Source of the DNA: Alphaproteobacteria bacterium | Lineage (GTDB): Bacteria; Pseudomonadota; Alphaproteobacteria; Bin95 | Assembly: GCA_965205265.1 (NCBI GenBank) | Contig: CBDBGH010000003.1 | Coordinates: 2,272,001-2,336,000 of the forward strand | Direction of reading: 5' to 3' | DNA length: 64,000 nt | In this document: piece by piece, positions 55,201-64,000 of the stretch | How the letters are laid out: each line of letters begins with the position of its first letter | How positions within the stretch are numbered: the stretch's first letter is position 1 | Position numbers and translations under genes: made by a program | Notes under the pieces: model-generated | What the model was told of the DNA's origin: nothing | The model's database searches: none | What the model saw: the letters and a program-made list of their open reading frames with translations, nothing else

Positions 55201-57418
55201 CGGCGACCGCATTGCCTCCAGCCGCGCTTCGCACACCTGGACGCGGCGAAGCGCCGCCTCCCAACTCTTCTCCAGCTCGGCGGCAATCAACCGGTTGTCC
55301 GGATCGCAGGCGGCATAGCGCCGCTCGGCGAGTGATGCTTCGTAGCGGGCTTGCTGCAGGTCCAGCTCGGCCACTCGCTGTTGTTCGCTCAGGCCCTCCA
55401 CCTTCACCCGCTCGGCCTTCAAGGAGGCTTCCACGGCCAAGGGCTCGACGACCCCGATGATCTCATCGGCAATGGCGGCATCCACACGCGCGCCGCCGAA
55501 CCTCAGACAGCGATCGAGCCCGAGCTGGAGGTGTTGCCGGTTGCAGAAATAAACAGGATTGCCCGGTGATTGCCCAGCATAGGCGACTGACATTGAGCGG
55601 CCGCAGCGCCCACAGCTGAGAAGTCCGCTCAGCAGCGCCCGTCCGCCGCGCCCGGACTTCGCGCCGCCGGACCAGCCGAAGGCGTTGGCGGCGAGTTGCG
55701 CCTGGTTGCGCTCGAACTCCGCCCAATCGATGTAGCCCTCGTGATGGTCCTTCAGCATGACCTCCCATTCCGCCATCGGTCTCCGGTGGCCATAGCTTTT
55801 GTGCACCCGCCCGTCGACGATCTCGGTTCGTTGTTCGCTTTTGCCGTAGGCATAGACACCAGCGTAGAAGGGGTTCTTCAATACCGAAATCACATTGCGA
55901 TAGCGGATCGGCGTCCAGTCGAAGCTAACCGTTGTCCTGCCATCTGACGGGCGCGGGAAGCAATGCTGCTGCTCGACCAGCGTCAACAGGACCTGCCGCG
56001 CGCTGCCCAGCTCGCGAAATCGGGCGAATATCTGACGGATCGCTTCCTGAACCCGAATGTCAGGATCCAGCCCCAGCCCGCCTTGGGGATGCCACACGTA
56101 ACCGATCGGGACGCTGATGCGAAGCTCGCCGCGCGCTGCCTTGGATCGGGCGGCGTCGAGCATCCGTGCGCGGAGAACGCCGAGTTCGAACTCACTGATC
56201 TGGCCCTTAAGTCCGAGCAGCAAGCGGTCGTTTGGGTGGCGAGGATCATAGATGCCATCCAGGTCGATGACGCGGGCCTCCACGAGACCGCAGAGCTCGA
56301 GCAGATGGTGCCAGTCCCGGCCGTTGCGGGAGATGCGAGACGCCTCGAAGCAAAGTACCGCTCCGACGTCCCCGGCACACAGCCAGGCGACGAGACGCTC
56401 GAAACCCGGCCGTGCGATGGCGCCACTCGCCGACAGGCCCAGATCTTCGTCGATGACCTCAACCCGGGCGAAACCGTGCCCGCGCGCCACGTTGACGAGA
56501 TCGTATTGGCGGCGCTGGCTCTCGAGATTGTTCCGCATCTGCTGGGGCGTGGACTGACGGACATAAACCACGGCCTTGCGCGTCAACACCGATCGCGGCA
56601 ACGCATCAGAGGTGCTCATCGTCATCCTCCTTCACCGCGAAATCCGCCGCTTCCAGAAGCAGCCCGGCCAGCGCGCCCACGACCGCGTCGCGTTCCTCCC
56701 GGTTCAGGCCACGCAGCGCCGGTGTGTCCAACAGCATGCTGAGCTGTCGGAACTCGCCCGGCGGCCTCGCCGGTACAGCCAAAGACTTCATTGAGCTCCT
56801 CCTCACTAACCGTCCCGTCAGCGGAGGAGCTTCGTCTAAAACCCTGGCCGACGAGAACCTCGTGAAGCGCGGCAAGAGCGGCCAGGGATACACGCGGCGC
56901 GCCGATCTCCATGCCGGCGCATGACGCAGGATCGAGCGACCAGGCGGGAATCTTGATGACCAGCCCGGGCTCTACCTCGACAGAGGCCATGAGGCCGTCG
57001 GCACGCTGTTCGATAACTTCAAGGCGGACACGGCGGCCGAAATGGGCATGCCACGGGTAATGGATGACGCAGTCCTGCCCGACATGGGCAGAATGAATGC
57101 ACGATCGCCCTCGGCCGCAAATCCTGGCTGTTCGCCGGCTCCGACCGCGGCGGCAGGCGCGCCGCGGCCATGTATACCCTCATCGGAACCGCCAAGCTCA
57201 ACAACGTCGATCCCCAGGCCTGGCTCGCCGATGTCCTGCGCCGGATCGCGGAGACGCCGCAGAGCCGGCTCGGCGAACTCCTTCCATGGAACCGGCAGGA
57301 CAGCCAGCGGCACGATAACGCCGCATAGCCAGACAAGCCCGCCCGATCCGTCCCGATCAACAGCACCCCGCAGACAAACTCAAACCGACATACCCTGCGG
57401 TCCTTGTCGGACGCTTAC
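52228..57418 (+). mobile_element. IS66 element 1 (tnpA 52323-52742, tnpB 52739-53086, tnpC 53158-57328 interrupted at 54518/57109)
   Basis: TIRs GTAAGCCTACG..GACCGC / GTAAGCGTCCG..GACCGC; DMRRG..KRLERG; NNAAERALRGIA then LGRKSWLFAGS..LLPW after the insert; flanks do not match. Confidence 0.92.
54519..57108 (-). mobile_element. 2590-bp large serine recombinase element, copy 1 (recombinase 54547-56625; small ORFs 56606-56791 and 56622-56990+)
   Basis: YVRQS catalytic motif, SRISRN, NPFYAG, CGRCG Zn ribbon, coiled coil, C-terminal HTH; GC dinucleotide at both junctions. Confidence 0.92.
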
Positions 57419-60400
57419 AGTTTGGCGGTGCCGATGAGGGTATACATGGCCGCGGCGCGCCTGCCGCCGCGGTCGGAGCCGGCGAACAGCCAGGATTTGC
57501 GGCCGAGGGCGATCGTGCATTCATTCTGCCCATGTCGGGCAGGACTGCGTCATCCATTACCCGTGGCATGCCCATTTCGGCCGCCGTGTCCGCCTTGAAG
57601 TTATCGAACAGCGTGCCGACGGCCTCATGGCCTCTGTCGAGGTAGAGCCCGGGCTGGTCATCAAGATTCCCGCCTGGTCGCTCGATCCTGCGTCATGCGC
57701 CGGCATGGAGATCGGCGCGCCGCGTGTATCCCTGGCCGCTCTTGCCGCGCTTCACGAGGTTCTCGTCGGCCAGGGTTTTAGACGAAGCTCCTCCGCTGAC
57801 GGGACGGTTAGTGAGGAGGAGCTCAATGAAGTCTTTGGCTGTACCGGCGAGGCCGCCGGGCGAGTTCCGACAGCTCAGCATGCTGTTGGACACACCGGCG
57901 CTGCGTGGCCTGAACCGGGAGGAACGCGACGCGGTCGTGGGCGCGCTGGCCGGGCTGCTTCTGGAAGCGGCGGATTTCGCGGTGAAGGAGGATGACGATG
58001 AGCACCTCTGATGCGTTGCCGCGATCGGTGTTGACGCGCAAGGCCGTGGTTTATGTCCGTCAGTCCACGCCCCAGCAGATGCGGAACAATCTCGAGAGCC
58101 AGCGCCGCCAATACGATCTCGTCAACGTGGCGCGCGGGCACGGTTTCGCCCGGGTTGAGGTCATCGACGAAGATCTGGGCCTGTCGGCGAGTGGCGCCAT
58201 CGCACGGCCGGGTTTCGAGCGTCTCGTCGCCTGGCTGTGTGCCGGGGACGTCGGAGCGGTACTTTGCTTCGAGGCGTCTCGCATCTCCCGCAACGGCCGG
58301 GACTGGCACCATCTGCTCGAGCTCTGCGGTCTCGTGGAGGCCCGCGTCATCGACCTGGATGGCATCTATGATCCTCGCCACCCAAACGACCGCTTGCTGC
58401 TCGGACTTAAGGGCCAGATCAGTGAGTTCGAACTCGGCGTTCTCCGCGCACGGATGCTCGACGCCGCCCGATCCAAGGCAGCGCGCGGCGAGCTTCGCAT
58501 CAGCGTCCCGATCGGTTACGTGTGGCATCCCCAAGGCGGGCTGGGGCTGGATCCTGACATTCGGGTTCAGGAAGCGATCCGTCAGATATTCGCCCGATTT
58601 CGCGAGCTGGGCAGCGCGCGGCAGGTCCTGTTGACGCTGGTCGAGCAGCAGCATTGCTTCCCGCGCCCGTCAGATGGCAGGACAACGGTTAGCTTCGACT
58701 GGACGCCGATCCGCTATCGCAATGTGATTTCGGTATTGAAGAACCCCTTCTACGCTGGTGTCTATGCCTACGGCAAAAGCGAACAACGAACCGAGATCGT
58801 CGACGGGCGGGTGCACAAAAGCTATGGCCACCGGAGACCGATGGCGGAATGGGAGGTCATGCTGAAGGACCATCACGAGGGCTACATCGATTGGGCGGAG
58901 TTCGAGCGCAACCAGGCGCAACTCGCCGCCAACGCCTTCGGCTGGTCCGGCGGCGCGAAGTCCGGGCGCGGCGGACGGGCGCTGCTGAGCGGACTTCTCA
59001 GCTGTGGGCGCTGCGGCCGCTCAATGTCAGTCGCCTATGCTGGGCAATCACCGGGCAATCCTGTTTATTTCTGCAACCGGCAACACCTCCAGCTCGGGCT
59101 CGATCGCTGTCTGAGGTTCGGCGGCGCGCGTGTGGATGCCGCCATTGCCGATGAGATCATCGGGGTCGTCGAGCCCTTGGCCGTGGAAGCCTCCTTGAAG
59201 GCCGAGCGGGTGAAGGTGGAGGGCCTGAGCGAACAACAGCGAGTGGCCGAGCTGGACCTGCAGCAAGCCCGCTACGAAGCATCACTCGCCGAGCGGCGCT
59301 ATGCCGCCTGCGATCCGGACAACCGGTTGATTGCCGCCGAGCTGGAGAAGAGTTGGGAGGCGGCGCTTCGCCGCGTCCAGGTGTGCGAAGCGCGGCTGGA
59401 GGCAATGCGGTCGCCGTCACCGCAGCCCTCGGGACCGGATCTGGCCGGGCTTGCCGATGACCTGAAGGCAGCCTGGAACGCGCCGGGGGTGAGCATGCGT
59501 GCCCGCCAGCGGCTCGTACGCACCCTGATCGCCGGCATCGTCGCCGATGTCGACGAGGAAGCGCGCGAAGTCCTGCTGACGATCCACTGGGTCGGTGGCC
59601 GCCATTCCCGATTGCGGGTTCGAAAGCCCAGAACCGGTGAACATGGCTGCCGAACGCCCGAGGAAGCGCTGGCGGTGATACGCAGCATGGCCGGGCGGTG
59701 GTCGGACGAACATATCGCTGCGTCTCTCAACCGGATGGGCATGCGGACCGGCCAGCACAAGAGCTGGACCGGCAAGCGGGTCGGATCGATCCGTCGCGTG
59801 AACGGGATCGACGGCTATCTCTCAGCGGACAAGCAGGGCGATTGGTACACCATGACCGAGGCGGCGAACGAGTTGGGCACCACCAGCCATACGCTCAGGC
59901 GCCTCATCGAGGATGGAACGCTACCCGCCACGCAGCTCGTTCCCCGAGCGCCTTGGCAGATCAGAGCCGCGGACCTCCATTCAGAGAGCGTTGCTCACGC
60001 CCTGGCACAAAGGAAAGGCCCGCGTCGCACTTCATGCCGGGATCAGATGTCAATGTTTTCAGATAGTTGAAGAGGGGGTGCAGAATGACTCCATCGTCGC
60101 GATCGGCCTCATTGCGCGTTCGGCGGGGTTGTTGTCGATCTCGAGGAAGCCGTGCTCGAGATAGGGTCGAAGGCGCTTCATCCGGGTCAGGGCATGACGG
60201 ATCGCCGCTGCCAGCGGGGTCTTGGCGGAGATTCTGGGCAGCTGCGATTGCAGCCACCGCTCCAGCTCGTCGAGGCACGGCGCGGCCTTGGCCTGGCGGA
60301 TGGCCGCGCGGTTCTCGGGCGGCTGCCCGCGGGCCTCCTTCTCGATAGCGTAGAGGGCGGCGATCCGTTCCAGCGCCTCGGCGGCGATCGCCGAGCCCTG

Positions 60401-62297
60401 GGCGGCATGGACGTCGAAGAACTTGCGTCGCACATGCGCCAGACAGGCCACCTCGCGGACCGGCCCGGCGCGCGCCAGCGCACCGAACCCGGCATAGCCG
60501 TCCGAGTGCATCCAGCCGGCGAAGCCTTCAAGATGCGCCTTCGGATGCGCCGCCTTGCGGTCGGCCGAGAAGCGGTACCAGGCCGCCGGCGGCGCCTCGC
60601 CAGCCCAGGGCCGCTCGTCCCGCACGTAGGTCCAGGCCCGGCCGGTCGCCGTTTTGCCGGTTCCCGGCGCCAGCAGCTTGACCGGGGTGTCGTCGGCGAA
60701 CAGGGCTTGTCCTTCCAGCACATGGCGCCCGATCGCATCGGCCAGGGGCTCCAGCAGCGCCGTCGCCTTGCCGACCCAGCCGGCGAGCGTCGAGCGGTCG
60801 AGCTCGACGCCGTCGCGGGCGAAGATGCGGGACTGGCGGTAGAGCGGCAGGTGATCGCAATACTTCGAGACCAGCACATGCGCCAGAAGGCCGGGGCCCG
60901 GTCGGCCGCGCTCGATCGGTCGCGGCGGCAGCGGCGCCTGGTGGAACTTCTCGCAGCCGCCGCAGGCCAGGCGCGGACGGACGATGCGCTTCACCACGAA
61001 GCGGCCGGGGATGTACTCCAGCTCCTCCGTCACATCCTCGCCGAGCCGCTTGAGACGGCCGCCGCAGTCCGCGCAGCGCTCGCCCGGCGCGAGAACCGTC
61101 TCCTCGCGCGGCAGGTGGTCCGGCAGGGGACGGCGCTTCGGCTGCTTCTTCGTGGCGGGCGTCGGCTCGGTCGGCGCCTCGGCCGCCCGCGCGATCTCCT
61201 CGTCCTCCAGCCCGAGCTCAAGCTGGTCGAGGGCCTCCGAGGTGACGCCGAAGCGCTGCCGCCGCAGACCCGCAAGCTGGTGCCTGAGCTTCTCGATCAA
61301 CAGATCGCGGTTGCGCAGCTCGGCGTCCCGTGCCGCCAGTTCGGCCCGCGAGGCCAGCACCATCGCCTTCAACGCGGCGATGTCGTCGGGCAGGGAATGG
61401 GCCGCTTCGAGCATGGCCGCATCCTACCCGAAGGGGCCGACAAAGGGAAGCCCGAATGACAGTCAACCCATTGTTTATAAACGGTGAATCAGCCCGCGGC
61501 CAGCGGTCTCCAGGTGCGAACCGGCGCCCGCCAGTCGATCCCCTCAAGCAGCATCGACAGCTGCGCCGGCGTCACCGACACCTTCCCTTCCGATGCCGAC
61601 GGCCACACGAAGCGGCCGCGCTCCAGACGCTTCGAGAACAGGCACGCACCCTGGCCGTCCCACCAGATCATCTTGATCAGGTCGCCCCGGCGGCCGCGGT
61701 AGATGAAGAGATGGCCGCAATGCGGATCCGCCTTCAATACCCGCTCCGCCTGCGCCGCGAGACCGGGGAACCCCTTGCGCATGTCGGTCACGCCGCAGGC
61801 CAGCCATACCCGGGTCGAGGAGGGAACCGGGATCATCCGCCAAGCGCCCGCACCACCCGGCACAGCGCGTCCGCGTCGAACGACCCGAACGCGCTCACCC
61901 GGTGGCCGTTCGACAACGCGATCTCGATCCGACCGTCCGATGCCGCGGCCGGCTCCAACGGCGGCGCATCGGGCACCACCTCCACCGGCAGGAAGGACGG
62001 CGCCTCCCCGGCATCGGCCGCCGGCCTGTAACGGGGATCGCGCCGCCAGGTGAAGATCAGGTTGGCGTTGACGTCTGCGGCGCGCCACAACCGACACCGA
62101 GACACCGGGAGCGTAGCTCTGCGCCACGATCCGGCGCTTCTCGTCGTCCGACCAGAACCGGCGTACCCGACGTGGCACCGCAGCCCCCTAAGATAGTGTC
62201 CATTAGCCGATAATGGACACTATCGACCTCCGGAACCTCACCAGAGACTGCGGCTCCAAGCCGTCTCGCCACAAGGGCGGTCACGCCAGACGCTTAC
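57419..62297 (-). mobile_element. IS66 element 2 (frameshifted tnpA about 61833-62178, tnpB 61489-61836, tnpC from 61414 interrupted at 60099, tail truncated at 57419)
   Basis: GTAAGCGTCTGG end at 62297; DMRKG..KRLERG; DNNPAERAMRPIA; tnpA frameshift at VARR/DVNAN. Confidence 0.9.
57509..60098 (+). mobile_element. Large serine recombinase element, copy 2, inverted (recombinase 57992-60070; small ORFs 57627-57995 and 57826-58011)
   Basis: Identical translations to copy 1; mirror coordinates sum to 114617. Confidence 0.92.
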
Positions 62298-62333
62298 GAG
62301 AAACCGGCAAGGACAGCGATGCGAAATCGTAAG

Positions 62334-63707
62334 CGATGGAGTGGACGCCCCTCCCGACGGCATCGCAATGTGCCAGGTTGACGGTGTTGTAAACGCCAAG
62401 AGAGGAAAGGGGCGTCCATGGAACAGGTTAGCATGATCGGGATCGATCTCGCGAAGAACAGCTTTCAGCTTCACGGTGCGCGACCCGAAGGATCGGTCGC
62501 GTTCCGGAAGAAGCTGAGCCGGGGTAAGGTGCTGGGGTTTCTGGCCTCGCAGCAGCCCTGCACAGTTGCGATGGAAGCCTGCGGCGGCGCGCATCATTGG
62601 GGTCGTGAGATTGGGCGTCTGGGCCATGCGGTGCGGTTGGTTCCGCCGGCCTACGTGAAGGCCTACGTCAAGCGACAGAAGAACGATGCGGCGGATGCGG
62701 AGGCGATCTGCGAGGCGGCATCGCGTCCGACGATGAGTTTTGTGGCGGTGAAGACGGTCGAGCAGCAGGCCCGTGGCATGCTGTTCCGCACGCGCGATCT
62801 GCTGGTGCGCCAGCGGACCCAGACGATCAACGCGCTTCGCGGCCACCTGGCGGAGTTCGGTGTCATTGCTCCCCAGGGCCCGGTTCATGTCGAGCGTCTG
62901 GCGTCGGCGCTTGAAGACCCGGACCTGGATCTGCCGGATGCGGTCCGCGAGCTGGCCGGCCTTCTGTTGAACCAGATTGGCGGGCTTGGCGAGAAGATCG
63001 ATGGCCTTGACGGGGAAATCCGGGCGGCGGCTCGGCAGGACGACGAGGTACGTCGTCTGATGACGGTGCCGGGGATCGGCCCGATCACTGCGATGGCGGT
63101 TCAGGCCTTCGCGCCGCCGATGGAGACCTTCCGGCGCGGACGGGACTTCGCCGCCTGGCTCGGCCTGGTGCCGCGCCAGCACACGACCGGCGGCAAGCCG
63201 CGGCTGGGCAAGATATCGAAGATGGGCCAACGCGATCTGAGACGGCTGCTGATTACAGGCGCCATGGCGGTCGTTCGCTGGGCGGCTCGGCGCGGCAGGA
63301 CGAACGATCCATGGCTTGCCAGGATGCTGGCGCGCAAGCCGCGTATGCTGGTCGCCGTGGCGCTGGCCAACCGGATGGCGCGCATCGTCTGGGCGCTGAT
63401 GATGAAGAAGGAGAGTTACCGGGCTCCCGCCGCCGCCTGACAGGGCGGCCGGACGGGTAGCTGTCGGGGACGCGGGCAGGTCTGAGGAAAGGCAAGGGCA
63501 AACGGTCAATCGAGACGGGATCGGGAAAACCAGTTCAGCTCCGCAGGGCCGTTGAGCTCGCGTAAGCGATTTGGACCCGGTCCGCGCATCTCCATGAGGG
63601 CCCGCGGCGCGTGACCTGCCGCATTGAGAGGCCGGACACACGACAGCGCCTGACCGCGCGCCGAGCCGCCCGAAGAAAATGCTTGCGTCACCAGGGGCGT
63701 CCACACA
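62334..63707 (+). mobile_element. IS110-family (IS1111-type) element (transposase 62418-63440)
   Basis: GIDLAK, MEAC, KNDAADA, GLVP..TGGK; 12-bp sub-terminal IRs GTGGACGCCCCT (62341-52) / AGGGGCGTCCAC (63693-704); CG at both junctions. Confidence 0.93.
63470..63690 (+). ncRNA. Predicted bridge/seek RNA of the IS110 element (boundaries approximate)
   Basis: 3' non-coding region contains target-matching GCTCCG (63538-43) and CGTAAGCG (63561-68) inside stem GGATCGGG/CCCGGTCC, and donor-matching CTCCAT (63590-95) and ACACACGA (63636-43). Confidence 0.7.
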
Positions 63708-64000
63708 CGGGGCGAGCGGGGCACCTTCCAGGTTCGGTTCTGATTTGAGATTCACGCCTGCGAGTTGGGCAGGAGGTGAGTTTCACATTGTTGGGCTCAG
63801 TTGAGACACACAGGACGGTTGAAGTGCTTCCGGCGCGTGGCGGACGTCGTCGCTGGCCGGACGAAGTGAAGGCTCGGATTGTAGCGGAGACGCTGGAGCC
63901 TGGGGCGACGGTGCGCGCCGTTGCGCGGCGATACGATGTTCATTCGAACCAGCTGACGAGCTGGCGGCGTCTGGCGCGGGATGGGCGTCTTGTTTTGCCT
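63708..64000 (+). mobile_element. IS66 element 3, left part (TIR begins at 62329 and is split by IS110; tnpA from about 63776 runs off the window)
   Basis: Rejoined end GTAAGCGGGGCGAGCGGGGCACC; [32 protein letters not shown]. Confidence 0.85.

Noticed and set aside
61489-62178. TnpA-TnpB fusion protein
   Set aside because: Result of a small deletion in tnpA (GCGCGCCGC-A-GACGTC) or a sequencing error; no slippery site seen
62238-63755. 505-aa minus-strand ORF
   Set aside because: Antisense shadow of the IS110 transposase
1-64000. CRISPR arrays, tRNA or rRNA genes
   Set aside because: No regularly spaced repeats or RNA-gene signatures seen by eye, including next to the integrase

Overview
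High-GC alphaproteobacterial (Rhodospirillales-like) chromosome segment in two parts. Bases 1-25.4 kb are core and metabolic genes: PBP1A, RNase E, enoyl-CoA hydratase, aminotransferase, GGT-like lipoprotein, BepA-like protease, nitronate monooxygenase, the hisB-DUF2628-hisH-GNAT-hisA-hisF-hisE-HIT operon, a sulfatase/TctABC/M24 cluster and two toxin-antitoxin pairs. From about 25.5 kb a tyrosine integrase opens a genomic island of defence-like genes saturated with IS elements (IS21, 2x IS630, IS1634, IS1182/IS5-like, IS256, 3x IS66, IS110). Removing the IS elements at their target duplications restores (i) a 909-aa PD-(D/E)xK nuclease-STAND-like NTPase and (ii) a translationally coupled four-gene operon: DruA(DUF4338)-like fragment, DptF-like ATPase, DptG-sized protein, and a 1592-aa protein ending in a nuclease motif plus a complete RuvB-like AAA+ motor. 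The right end shows two parasites of IS66: a 2.6-kb large-serine-recombinase element present twice in inverted orientation at the same codon of two different tnpC genes, whose att site splits one of its own genes, and an IS1111-type IS110 inserted in an IS66 terminal repeat, with matching target and donor guide segments readable in its 3' non-coding region. Family assignments come from motif recognition by eye, not database searches.
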